A DNA stretch of 52,036 nt from assembly GCF_001194135.2 (NCBI RefSeq), contig NC_068991.1:35571511-35623546 (forward strand), written 5' to 3'. The notes beneath the pieces are model-generated. The model did not search any database and was not told the DNA's origin. It was given only the letters and a program-made list of their open reading frames with translations. Both the position numbers and the translations under genes were made by a program. Shown one piece after another: positions 11,230 through 22,984 of the stretch; position 1 is the first letter of the stretch, and each line of letters opens with the position of its first letter. The stretch is from Octopus bimaculoides (Eukaryota).

Positions 11230-11720
11230 GTGTTGTTACATGTGGGTTGGACACAACTCTTCTAGCACTCAGTTTCGTGGAAGGGTCTTTCCTAGGACCT
11301 CATGTCGCCAAACATCTCGGTCTACTGTCATTTCCTCTGTGAGCACCAACATCCTAAGATCAGTCCTCACCACTTTATCTCATGTCTTCCTGGGTCTCCC
11401 TCTTCCGCAGGTACCATCCGCTTCTGTATACAGCTGTCTTCACTCATACGCATCACGTGTCCAAACCAACGCAGTCTTCTCCTGCATACCACATTTAATC
11501 CCTCTTATGCCTAACTTTTTTTCTCAACACAGTTGTGCTTTGTCGGTCATGCACACTGATGTTGAAAATCTAATGGGACATACTACCTTCATTCCTCTCC
11601 AGCCTACGCATGTCCTCCACAGTCAGAGCCTCTGTCTCACTGTCATGTAACATAGCTGTTCTCACACAAGCGTCATACAACGTGCCTTTCACTCTGAGAG
11701 AGAGAGAGAGAGAGTGAGAG

Positions 11721-11781
<61 letters not shown>

Positions 11782-12170
11782 GTCCTTTTGCTACCAACAG
11801 TGGTAGTAGTTCTCTGAACTTCCTCCACCCTACTCTTATTCTAGAAACAATACTTTCAGTGCATCCACCACCGTTACTAATTTGGTCACCTGACTAGCAG
11901 CCTCAAAAGAGCCTCCTGGGAATTTGAGAGAGTTTAAGTCCCTCGTGCTCCTAGTACTTACTGTTCCTGCACATCTGCCACACACGAAAGCAACCTTATC
12001 TGATAATCTTCCCACGATTCCACTACATCTCTTATGCGTCCATACGTTACACTTAGTGCAGCGAATGGAATTACATTCCACTCCTTTCCTACGTATTGAA
12101 CAGGGCCATTTGCCAGCCGAAATGAGAGTTTTGTCTCATTTCTCGCTAACTATAGATGCAAGCTGAGCCA
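11230..12170 (-). mobile_element. RTE-like LINE 3' fragment with a PHD-like finger, interrupted by a (GA)n/(GATA)n tract
   Basis: CTKCNVWTHKRC...CGRC, KGTLYDACVRTAMLH, RLRWFGHVMRM and GRGRPRKTW spread over shifted frames. Confidence 0.85.
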
Positions 12171-12174
12171 TAGA

Positions 12175-15165
12175 ATCTTTGCTCTCGAAATAGGCTTCAA
12201 GATACATCAAGGAAAGACTTGTAAAAAGAGGACTGAATAGTGTGGATCATCTGATCGGAAAACACGTGGCAAATCATCCCCGGACACAAGCCGCAGTGGA
12301 TCGATAAATGCTAAAGCAAAGACCTCTTCCAAACAGGAAACTGCAGGTTATGAGACTGATGCATGTGCTCGCAAGAAACCTAGGGCTCTGTGGCCAGCTG
12401 CTACTGAAAAAGTAAGATATAAAGTATTCGAGAACAAGGTATGTAAATCTCTATATAAAATGACAGGATCTACAGTGGAAAAAACTCGGGAAGTTAGCAA
12501 GCTGAATATACGATACAGGAATGGAATTATTTAGGGTAAAAATATACGAGACTCGATTGGCAAAAGGAAAGAGTGGACTAAGCCGGAAGAACAGGAAAGT
12601 GAAGCAGTTGAGGATAGAAAAGAACAGTTTAAGAAAGCGATGGAAAAATGTGCCGAGGAAGAAGAAAAACTTTGCCTCACGCAGCTGTACGAGGATTTAA
12701 AAAGAAATGCCGGTTCGTGCAACGAAATAGCTATCGATATGAATGGAGGCAAGAAAGCAAAAGGACTCGCGAACAGTTTCCGAAGAACCCGTACGGGGTT
12801 ACGAAGAAGCTGTTTACTGAATCAAAGAGTGGCACTTTATCGTGCCAAGGAGAACTGAAAGCTCATATCCTAGAAACTTACAGCGATCCAAATCGTAACC
12901 AGCCACTGCCACCTATAAATGGACTACAGCATCTCTTAGGAATTTCGAATTTCATATTGGAAACAACAGGGAGAAAAAGGTGAATGAATTTGTGAGAAAA
13001 GTCAGAGCAAAGAGTACCCCAGGAGGTGATAGTTTTTCATATAAATGTATAAGTATTGCAATCATCTACGAAAAAAATTCTCTTTGTTGTGCTCCGACAG
13101 CTTTGGTGTGAAGAAACTTTAGTAGAGGATCGGTATAAGGTAGAAGGCATATACTTGCTAAAAGAAGCCAATGGAGAGACTATAAAACTGTTAGCTTGAT
13201 ATCCTTATTGAATGTGGATGGCAAGATCTTTATCGACAGAATAATGGATATGTTGATGAATCTATTCAAAAGGCTGGAATCTTTGGAATCCCTGGATGCG
13301 TTGAGCATTGCTTTTCAATTTGGAAAGCTACCCAGGATGCCACACGAATTGCTGATGAAAGCCATGGACCACTTCCACATTCCGGAAAAAGTAACAAAAT
13401 TGATGTGGATATATTATGACAATTTCAAGATGAGGTTTATACCTGGAAATTTAACAACAGATTGGCACTGCTTGGAGACTGGAATTACTACTGGCTGCAC
13501 AATATCTGTCACGTGGTTTATCCAAGTCATGGAGAACATTTTGAAAGCGGCAGACTTTTCGGAACAAATGACCCATGTACAATCACCTAAGAAGGCTTTC
13601 ATGGATGACGTGACATTTCTGTCGATGGACAAGCAAATTATGCAGAGTGCCCTCTTGAAGCTAGACGAACTGATAAAGTGGTCAAGGATACGATTCAGAA
13701 CAAAAAAGTCGCGTAGTCTGAGATTTATAAGGGGAGTACAAAAAGAAGTAAAGTTTAAAATACCAGGAGAAAGCATTCCAACAGTAAAAGAACTTAAAAG
13801 CTTGGGGCGTGTATATGCAAGAACATTGTCAGATAGGAATCGCGGGATGCAGATTATGAAACAAGCCGAGGATGGACTAACAGAAATTGCTGGCTCAAAG
13901 CTACAAAGGAAGTATTAGAATATGGTACTTACAGTATGGCTTATATTCGTGCCTTTCATGACCACTTTTAATATACGAGGACCCACTGTCACGAGTTCAA
14001 ATCATTGAGTAAAAGTGCAATGTGTTCATTAGAAAGTGGCTAGACCTACCTCGGATATTGAACAGCTCAGCTCTCTATCGTAAAAGATGATCGTTGCAGT
14101 TAACACTGGCGTCAATAGTGGAAATTTATAAAGTAAGGAAGATACGAACGGTGATGCTGCTGAGAGAGTCGAAGGATATAGAAATCAAGCGTAATCCACC
14201 AGATGTAAAAACAGCCAAGAAGTGGAAAGCAGAAGTAGAGAATGATGATATCTTGTCTTCACTTTTACATCGAGATATAGTGGATGCAACACAAATTCAT
14301 CGGAAATAACTTGGATTTGGTGCAGCTCGATTCAAACCGTTTTCAAGTATGATGCGGAGCGAACGCAGATTTGTTGTTAGCAACAACGTCAAAGCAAGGG
14401 AAACAAAGAGAAGAGAGCTTCATTTGATTCAATGCTCTCAACAAGGATTGATGACGAAATAGGAACACGTTGTTGAGAGAAAAATATGTTGAAATGAAAT
14501 ATAGAAGTGGTCCATATCACATCTAAGTTTTCTGATTCGTTTATCCTACGATGTCTTGCCATCGCCAACAAACCTAGTTAGAGGAACATATCAGAGAATG
14601 ATAAATGTAAATGCGGAAGAGTCGGAACACTGAAATATATTCTTTTCAACCGTTCACTGGTATTGAATAGATATACATGGAGACACAATCTGGTTCTTAA
14701 GGTCATCTTCAATGCTATAAAGAACCAAATTGCTTTCATCAACATTGACAAAAAAAAAAAAACTCAGAAGAAAACAACCAGAGATTTCATTACCTTCGTG
14801 CACTCAGAGCAGCAGATCCGTTTGAAGAAGAAGCTTCCTGTGAGCGATGTAATCTGAACGGCTCTTTGGAGGTAGCTGCAGATTTACCAGGATGTTAAGG
14901 ATTCTTTCCCATTTCAGTTACGAAGAAATCGGATTTTATATGCTGTGAAAGAAAGAAAGTAGCAAATCTAGTCGAGTTAACGGTTCCTCATGAAGATAAC
15001 ATGGACGCCGCTCGGGCTGGAACGATTGACCGTTATGAAAACCTCCTCGAGGAATGTGAAGGCGCAGGCTGAAAAGTCACTGCATTTGGTTAAAAAGAGA
15101 CGATGAGTAATGGCTAGAAGAATATTGAGCAAAACCTAATAACCGTTTGATCTAGCAAACGGGGC
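12175..15165 (+). mobile_element. Restriction-like-endonuclease (R2-group) non-LTR retrotransposon, Hero-like, degenerate
   Basis: ISLLNVDGKIF, GITTGCTIS, KAFMDDVT (RT); RYTWRHNLVL; VELTVPHEDN (RLE region). Many stops and frameshifts. 3' hairpin CCGTTTG/CAAACGG at 15143-15162. Confidence 0.75.
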
Positions 15166-15233
15166 CTCATTTCACTGAGTGGGTACCAGCGCGCAATGAT
15201 GCCGTCGAGTGGAAGACAGACAGATAGATAGGG

Positions 15234-15294
<61 letters not shown>

Positions 15295-15368
15295 GAGAGA
15301 GATAGAGAAACAGAGAGAGAGAGAAATAGAGAGAAATAGAGAGAGAGAGAGGGAGAGTGAGAAAGAAG

Positions 15369-15421
<53 letters not shown>

Positions 15422-16341
15422 GGAGAGAGAGATATGATATATATATTCTTTAACATTTTTCAGATATATCTGTTCGAAAATCTTTAGTTTGTTACAGAAT
15501 AAACAAGCTAAGATGGATATCAGTTTTAATTATTTTATTCAGGATATTTTCCATAAATATTCCAAAATTGAAATTTGTTTTTACCATTGTTGTTACCCCA
15601 CATATTTGTTTTATTCAGTTAAGAATTGGTGGTTGTCTCTTCTCTATAATCGACACCAAATACCACAATTTTTATGGTTTTCTTCCACATAGTATATTGT
15701 TGCTTTCTCAGAATCGGTAGAGTATCTGAGGAATATTTTGTGCAAAATAGTTATAACATTTTATATTCACCATTCAAATCTCATCTCCGACAAGCGACTT
15801 CAAATATCTGGAAACGAATATAAAAACTATATCGAACCTTATGTATATAGAAAACATATCGATCAAGAGATCACACAAAATCGAATATGATAAGTATTTA
15901 TTTTATATTTCAGAATTCTTGAAAGTCAGTTTATTACTTACCAATGCCACGAATCAAACAATGTAAGGTGCTCACAATTTCGTGAATGTAAGAAGCAAGC
16001 ACCGAATGTTTGGCCGTTTTGTACGTATGGAGAAACTTGGCAAACAAATATTAATTATGACTATTTGTACAAAGACTGGAATGCATATAATTGGACACGA
16101 ATGCAAAAAAGGAAAATATGCAAAAGGAAAAGGAGACATAGAAAATATCTATTGTGAGATGTATTTAGTAATGAAGATTTATTAAAATTATATTAAGTGA
16201 CAGATATGTGCAACATGCTTCATCAGCAGAAGTCCCACAAGAACAATGGAAAACAATTGCATACATACAGAACCGGAACTACAGATATATAAAATACTTA
16301 TAAACAACATATGATTATATACATACATATATATATATATA

Positions 16342-17502
16342 CAAGAGTTGGACAAAATAATGGAAACAGTATCATAGCATCATAATTTTGAAATGTATAT
16401 AAAACCACCAAACGCTTGTTTATTTTTATGTGTTTTGATTTATTATTAGTGTTGCTTAATATGTTTTGCTAAAATTGCTGTTCCTTTCCAGATATCATCA
16501 GAAGGTAATTAAAATTCATTAAAATTTCAGATCTATTGGACTTTCAAAGAGGTCAAACTGTTGGTGCTCGTATGGCTGGCGCTAGCGTAACGAAAATAGC
16601 CGAAATGTTTGGTGTATTAAAAAGTACTGTCACGAAAGTAATGACAGCCTTTGAGAAAGAGGAGAAAACTTCCTCGCCGAAACAAAATTCCAGAAGAAAA
16701 CCAAAACTTTCAGATAGGGACCGTCAGACTCTTACGCGAATTGTTAGAAAGGATCACAAAAGTGCAGCTCCCAAAATTTCTGCAGAGCTTAATGACTACT
16801 TTGAGAACCCAGTTTCCACAAAAACTGTTCACCTGGAGCTGCACAAAGCCGGTTTTCATGGGAGGGCTGCAATCAGAAAACCACTACTTTCAAAGACAAA
16901 CGTTGCAAAGCGTTTAGAGTGGAGTAAAAACCTACAGATTTGGTTACTAGAGCAGTGGAGGAATGTTATTTTCTCTAACGAGTCATCCCTTATCTTATTT
17001 CCGACCACCGACCGAGTATACGTGTGGAGACAGCCAAAAGAAGCATTTGACCCAGACTGCCTTCTTCCAATTGTTAAAATGGAGGAGGATCTGTGATGAT
17101 CTGGGGGTGGAGGCTCAATGGTTTCCCTTCATGGTAGAATTAATAATCAAGTCTATTTAAGCATTTTATCTGATCAAATTCATCCTATGGTTCCGGAGGG
17201 AAACGCCATCTTTCAGGATGATAATGCACCAATTCACACAGCTAAAGTTGTTACTGAATGGCACGAGGAATATTCTAGTGAAGTTGAACATCTTATTTTG
17301 CCGCCACAGTCCCCAGATCTCAACATTATTGAACATTTATGGTGCATTTGAGAAAAAACAAGGAGTCCACATCCTCCACCATCATCACTACAAGAACTGG
17401 AGACTGTTTTAGCTGATGAATGGACAAAAATTCCTTTGGAAACAAAACAATTCAAGCTTTTGTATGAGTCCATACCTGGGTAGAATTCAAGCTTTAATTA
17501 CT
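16342..17502 (+). mobile_element. Tc1-like transposon with DD36E spacing, short TIR, inactive; right end lies in the gap
   Basis: TA then CAAGAGTTGGACAAAATAATGGAAAC. Transposase from 16536 has FSNESS (first D mutated) and FQDDNAPIH...SPDLNIIE with 36 residues between D and E; frameshifts and a TGA are present. Confidence 0.9.
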
Positions 17503-18950
17503 NNNNNNNNNNNNNNNNNNNNNNNNNNNNNNNNNNNNNNNNNNNNNNNNNNNNNNNNNNNNNNNNNNNNNNNNNNNNNNNNNNNNNNNNNNNNNNNNNN
17601 NNNNNNNNNNNNNNNNNNNNNNNNNNNNNNNNNNNNNNNNNNNNNNNNNNNNNNNNNNNNNNNNNNNNNNNNNNNNNNNNNNNNNNNNNNNNNNNNNNNN
17701 NNNNNNNNNNNNNNNNNNNNNNNNNNNNNNNNNNNNNNNNNNNNNNNNNNNNNNNNNNNNNNNNNNNNNNNNNNNNNNNNNNNNNNNNNNNNNNNNNNNN
17801 NNNNNNNNNNNNNNNNNNNNNNNNNNNNNNNNNNNNNNNNNNNNNNNNNNNNNNNNNNNNNNNNNNNNNNNNNNNNNNNNNNNNNNNNNNNNNNNNNNNN
17901 NNNNNNNNNNNNNNNNNNNNNNNNNNNNNNNNNNNNNNNNNNNNNNNNNNNNNNNNNNNNNNNNNNNNNNNNNNNNNNNNNNNNNNNNNNNNNNNNNNNN
18001 NNNNNNNNNNNNNNNNNNNNNNNNNNNNNNNNNNNNNNNNNNNNNNNNNNNNNNNNNNNNNNNNNNNNNNNNNNNNNNNNNNNNNNNNNNNNNNNNNNNN
18101 NNNNNNNNNNNNNNNNNNNNNNNNNNNNNNNNNNNNNNNNNNNNNNNNNNNNNNNNNNNNNNNNNNNNNNNNNNNNNNNNNNNNNNNNNNNNNNNNNNNN
18201 NNNNNNNNNNNNNNNNNNNNNNNNNNNNNNNNNNNNNNNNNNNNNNNNNNNNNATATATATGTGTGTGTGAGTGTGTGTGCGTGTGCACGTGTGTGTGTG
18301 CGTGTGCACGTGTGTGCCTGTGCACGTGTGTGTGTGTGTATATATGGATATCTATACATATAAATTTGACATTGGCGATTCTTTCTTGTCATGGAATTCA
18401 CGGTAAAATGGTTGAGTGGAATTGCGCGAAAAGTTACACAGATGTGTAGAATGATCCGGTGGTGATGCTGGATTTTGTATTTTTTCATAGCTCCCATGGT
18501 TACCGAGATAGTCTACTATAATAATACTCCTGTGTTTATGAAAGAGAAAGGAAGCGGTGATAGATGAATAAGGAAGGAAGGCGTGATGACATACTTGGTA
18601 GTGGGATGATGAAAATTGTACGCTGAAAAAATAAATCAAACTGTTTCAATTCTGTGTGAATATATGTGTGTGTATGCAAAAGGGGAGTATATGAATGCGT
18701 GTGTGTGTGTGTTTGTGTGTGTGTGCGCGAGTGCGCGCGCAATGGAAGTGGGATGGTTCATCTTTGTTCGCTTAGTATTTGGGTTTATTTTTTGATTTGA
18801 TTAAATCTTGGTTGTTTTTTTTTTGTTGGTCAGTTATTTTAAGCGTTTTGACAGAAAAAAGTCATTCTACAATTGTTTTTTAACGGAAGCGTGCCAAAGC
18901 AAGTCGAATGCTTACACAGAGCAGTTTTTACAGCCGCATCATCCAAACCG

Positions 18951-18979
18951 ACCGGGTGAAACCGGGCTTAGCTGCTAGT
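18951..18979 (+). mobile_element. Helitron-like 3' terminus
   Basis: Hairpin CCGG-GTGAAA-CCGG, then CTAG (18975-18978) followed by T. The 5' extent is unknown. Confidence 0.5.
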
Positions 18980-19957
18980 ATATATATATTCCTGATGAAT
19001 CTCTCAAACGAGATACAAACGGTAAATAAATATTTATCCGAAATTTTGACTACCTCTTTTTTCTTAAAATCTGTATACCACTTCAATATGCGTATATGTA
19101 TAAGTGTATATATATATNNNNNNNNNNNNNNNNNNNNNNNNNNNNNNNNNNNNNNNNNNNNNNNNNNNNNNNNNNNNNNNNNNNNNNNNNNNNNNNNNNN
19201 NNNNNNNNNNNNNNNNNNNNNNNNNNNNNNNNNNNNNNNNNNNNNNNNNNNNNNNNNNNNNNNNNNNNNNNNNNNNNNNNNNNNNNNNNNNNNNNNNNNN
19301 NNNNNNNNNNNNNNNNNNNNNNNNNNNNNNNNNNNNNNNNNNNNNNNNNNNNNNNNNNNNNNNNNNNNNNNNNNNNNNNNNNNNNNNNNNNNNNNNNNNN
19401 NNNNNNNNNNNNNNNNNNNNNNNNNNNNNNNNNNNNNNNNNNNNNNNNNNNNNNNNNNNNNNNNNNNNNNNNNNNNNNNNNNNNNNNNNNNNNNNNNNNN
19501 NNNNNNNNNNNNNNNNNNNNNNNNNNNNNNNNNNNNNNNNNNNNNNNNNNNNNNNNNNNNNNNNNNNNNNNNNNNNNNNNNNNNNNNNNNNNNNNNNNNN
19601 NNNNNNNNNNNNNNNNNNNNNNNNNNNNNNNNNNNNNNNNNNNNNNNNNNNNATATATATATATATATATATATAAGACGAGCATGCAAACTTACAGTAT
19701 AGCGCTGCGTCCTGTTTAAAAAGCAGAATGGGATAAATATTTCCATTACTTACCTTTTATCATAATCCTTCGTACTAAAAGCTGTCACGACTGACAGTTT
19801 CTACCGGGGTAGATCTAAAGAAATGGTAATAGAAATCATACGAGTGTACGGGATTCGATACATACATACATACATACATACATACATACATACATACATA
19901 CATACGCGTGTGCGTATTTGTTACATATATTTCTCTGTATTTCTGTTATTCTTTCAT

Positions 19958-20157
19958 TCTTTTACTTGTTTCAGTCATTTGATTGCGGCCATGCTGGAGC
20001 ACCGCCTCAGTCGAACAAATCGACCCCAGGACTTATTCTTTGTAAGCCTAGTACTTATTCTATCGGCCTCTTTTGCCGAACAGCTTCGTTACGGGGACGT
20101 AAACACAACAACATTGGTTGTCAAGCGATGGTGGGGGGACAAGCGCAGACACACAAA

Positions 20158-20243
<86 letters not shown>

Positions 20244-20385
20244 TACGCACACACACATACACATATGATGGGCTTCTTTCAGTTTCCATCTACCAAACCC
20301 ATCTACCAAGGTGTCATGCAGTGGGTCTGAACCCGGAACCATGTGGCTGGAAAGCATGCTTCTTACCACACAGCCACTCCTGCGC
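19958..20385 (-). mobile_element. SINE family 2 with internal (CATA)n/(TA)n
   Basis: Reverse complement of the 43735-44226 structure. No counterpart seen at the equivalent position in copy A, although N gaps limit the comparison. Confidence 0.85.
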
Positions 20386-20809
20386 TTATGTATATTAATA
20401 ATCATGTAACGTGTGACAGGAATTTGGTAACTTTGGTAACAATTTTGATACGCCAGTCCATAAAGATGGCATAACCATGATGTTGGACGCAATACCCTTC
20501 ATGATATACATCAATACACACGTGTGAATATTCACGTGTACATATGGTTCTAAAGAGATAAGTCAGAAGGTTATTATAACTGTAATTATGTATTAATGGG
20601 CTGTGCATATAGAAACCTACCCTGTTCAGGTCTGTCTACATCCATTACCGAGCAGGAGCGAACTGTGGCTGCAAATATATTTAAAAATGTTAAAATGTAT
20701 GATAACAAAACCAATGTCGTGTGCGAATTTGTTTGTGTGTGTGTGGTGTGTGTAACAGAGGGAGACAGAAAAGAGAGAGAACGAGAGATAGAAAGAAAGA
20801 AATAGGGAT

Positions 20810-20885
<76 letters not shown>

Positions 20886-20920
20886 TGCTAAGGTTTATAC
20901 GTGTATACATATGTGCCTGT

Positions 20921-21391
20921 AGAAATACATTTCTAAAACTCTCAGAGAGATTCATTCAGTAGCAGCTCGATAAAGTGATAGTATGTTGTCAACTTACTGT
21001 GACAGTCCCATGAAAGGCAAGAATGCTACCGTTATTTAGCCCTAGGAAACACCGTTTCCTGATGCACCTTGTGTTTTCAAAATGAAGACAAGCACCTCCA
21101 TCCAGCAAAGCCAGCAACCAGAACCTAGTTTCAGAGACATTGCTCATCATCAGTCTGGAGTAGCATGGCTTGCTAACTATCGATGCCTATCCGCCTTTGA
21201 AAACATATGTTTCAAGCGAAATTCATTCACTGATTTTAGCTGGATGGAGCTACTTCTTTTCACTTGAAAACATAAAGACACAGGTAATGTGTCAAGTCCA
21301 ACAGGAAACGGTGTTTCCTAGGGCTAAATAACAGTTGCATTCTTGCCTTTCATGGGACTGTCACATTAAGTTGACAACATACTATCACTTT
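20921..21391. mobile_element. Fold-back (MITE-like) insertion with about 95 bp inverted arms and a 12 bp TSD-like flank
   Basis: ATAAAGTGATAGTATGTTGTCAAC...GGAAACACCGTTTCCTG (20970-21061) is inverted at about 21302-21393. Flanks are ATATGTGCCTGT (20909-20920) and ATATGTGTCTGT (21392-21403). The empty site is visible near 4460. Confidence 0.8.
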
Positions 21392-21626
21392 ATATGTGTC
21401 TGTGTTGTGTTGTGTGTGGGTTCACGCGCGCGGTTTGGATTTCTCAGTGACAGGTACATCATAATCACCTGGATCAACTGGAGAAAGACTAGAACATACC
21501 ACCAGCTCATACGTGTTTTGGGAGAAGTATCTGGAACCGAAAAGAAGACAAAAGTTAACATCAATCCTTCGTCTATGCATGCATACTTATAAAGTGCGTA
21601 TATCAATACACACATGCATGCAGACA

Positions 21627-21800
21627 TTTGACTGCGGGCTTGCTGGAGCACCGCCTTTAGTCGAGCAAATCGACCCCAGGACTTATTCTTTGTAAGCCTA
21701 GTACTTATTCTATCGGTCACTTTTGCCGAACTGCTATGTTACGGAGACGTAAACACACTAACATCGGTTGTCAAGCGATTTTAGGGGAAACACAGACAAA
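21627..21800 (-). mobile_element. SINE family 2, 3' part only
   Basis: GCTGGAGCACCGCCTTTAGTCGAGCAAATCGACCCCAGGACTTATTC block, as at 19990. Confidence 0.8.
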
Positions 21801-22324
21801 CTAACATACATACACATACACAGCCACATCCATACACTCACCCACACCCATATATATATATATATGATATATAGTTTTAGGGAAAATAACCAAGTTTCAA
21901 GAACTCATCGATGAAAATCCACTATCACATATAAAGCTCAATTTAATTTAGATTTTTTATAAATTGATTTTAATTGAGTTTTTACCTGTAATTTTGGATT
22001 TTGTCCCTAATATTATTATATATATGTATATAAATATTATCATATTAGGGAATGTCAAAATCCAAACTTACAAGGATATTCACTTTAATAATACTGAATT
22101 GAATTTTACAATGAAAAATATATTAATAATTTAGAGAAAAACCACCAAGATGCAATCCAAACAATGAAGGAGATCAGACACCATCAAGAAAAACGTGCTC
22201 TTCAAAATACTGATTTAAAAATCTATAAAATCCAAAAGAAAAGTTTAATCCATAAAATCTATAGAATATTAGATTAAAAATTCAATTCAGTTTAGTAAAT
22301 TTATCAAAAAGAAAGTGAATAATA

Positions 22325-22434
22325 GACTACGCGCGTTTCGTGGCCACATAACAGTGGAAAAGATCTGTATCTGTGCAATTTACAATAAATCGATCAAGAT
22401 AAGTTCCACTCAGAATGAAGACACTCTTCAAGTC
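22325..22434 (-). ncRNA. Type I hammerhead ribozyme-like motif, C3>U degenerate, extended stem II
   Basis: Minus strand reads agac-TTGAAGA-gtg...agtggaa/ttccact...cac-GAAAC-GCGC-GTA-gtct. Confidence 0.55.
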
Positions 22435-22453
22435 TTGTAAATTCAAAAAACGT

Positions 22454-22971
22454 ATCCTAATATTTAAACAATGCAAATAAAAATAAAATAGGAAAAAGTA
22501 GAAACATTTGTACGTTTAGGAAAGGAATTATTAGTACAATACATAAAATGTCAAGGTTTTATAATAATAATCATCTGTCAAGTTAAAGGCATAATTCGTA
22601 TAATGTAGAAATGCTTTCTGTGGATTAAGAATAGGAAAATATATAAAAAGATAGTGTTATTAAGTATTAAATGAATTCGAACGTTTAACAGTATTAATAA
22701 AAAGAACAGTATCAATTATCTTATCGAAGATTCCTTGTTGGCTGTAGTATTACCTATGAAGCATAGAATTTATACGAGGTGTGTCACGTCGCAAAAAGCA
22801 TTTCCACAGAAAGTATTTCTTCATTAGAAGAATTATGCCTTTAACTTACAGATGATTATTATTATAAAACCTTGACATTTTATGTATTGTACTAATAATT
22901 CCTTTCCTAAACGTATAGATGTTTCTACTTTTTCCTATTTTATTGTATTTGCATTATTTAAATATTAGGAT
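22454..22971. repeat. AT-rich inverted repeat, arms of about 170 bp (22454-22624 and 22803-22971)
   Basis: ATAATAATAATCATCTG...GTTAAAGGCATAATTC versus GAATTATGCCTTTAAC...CAGATGATTATTATTAT; nearly perfect. Confidence 0.9.
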
Positions 22972-22984
22972 CAGTTTAAAAGTC

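Larger units (their letters stand above)
19680..21600 (-). pseudogene. Copy B: duplicated 3' exon cluster of the host gene (V 19754-19814, W 20621-20668, Z 21430-21468, remnant of Y 21518-21530)
   Basis: Colinear with 1340-1520 and 3890-4800. Z donor changed from GTAAGT to GCGCGT. A deletion of about 127 bp removes most of exon Y and its donor. Exon V has a 1 nt deletion. Confidence 0.75.

Noticed and set aside
15750-16075. Minus-strand acceptor/donor pairs near 15752-15790 and 15941-16075
   Set aside because: All three frames from the best acceptors contain stops, and there is no paralog support. They could be UTR exons but cannot be supported.
18390-18625. Minus-strand frame DYLGNHGSYEKIQNPASPP with splice-like sites
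   Set aside because: It lies downstream of copy B's stop exon, has several competing acceptors and a weak donor, and no homolog is visible near copy A.
20596-20805. Plus-strand ORF MGCAYRNLPCSG..., similar to the sequence near 4066
   Set aside because: The conservation is explained by minus-strand exon W with proper splice sites; the plus-strand frame runs into microsatellite.
21876-21925. Minus-strand TCGATGAGTTCTTGAAAC resembling a hammerhead core
   Set aside because: The core is not CUGANGA, and no stem II or stem I pairing is possible.
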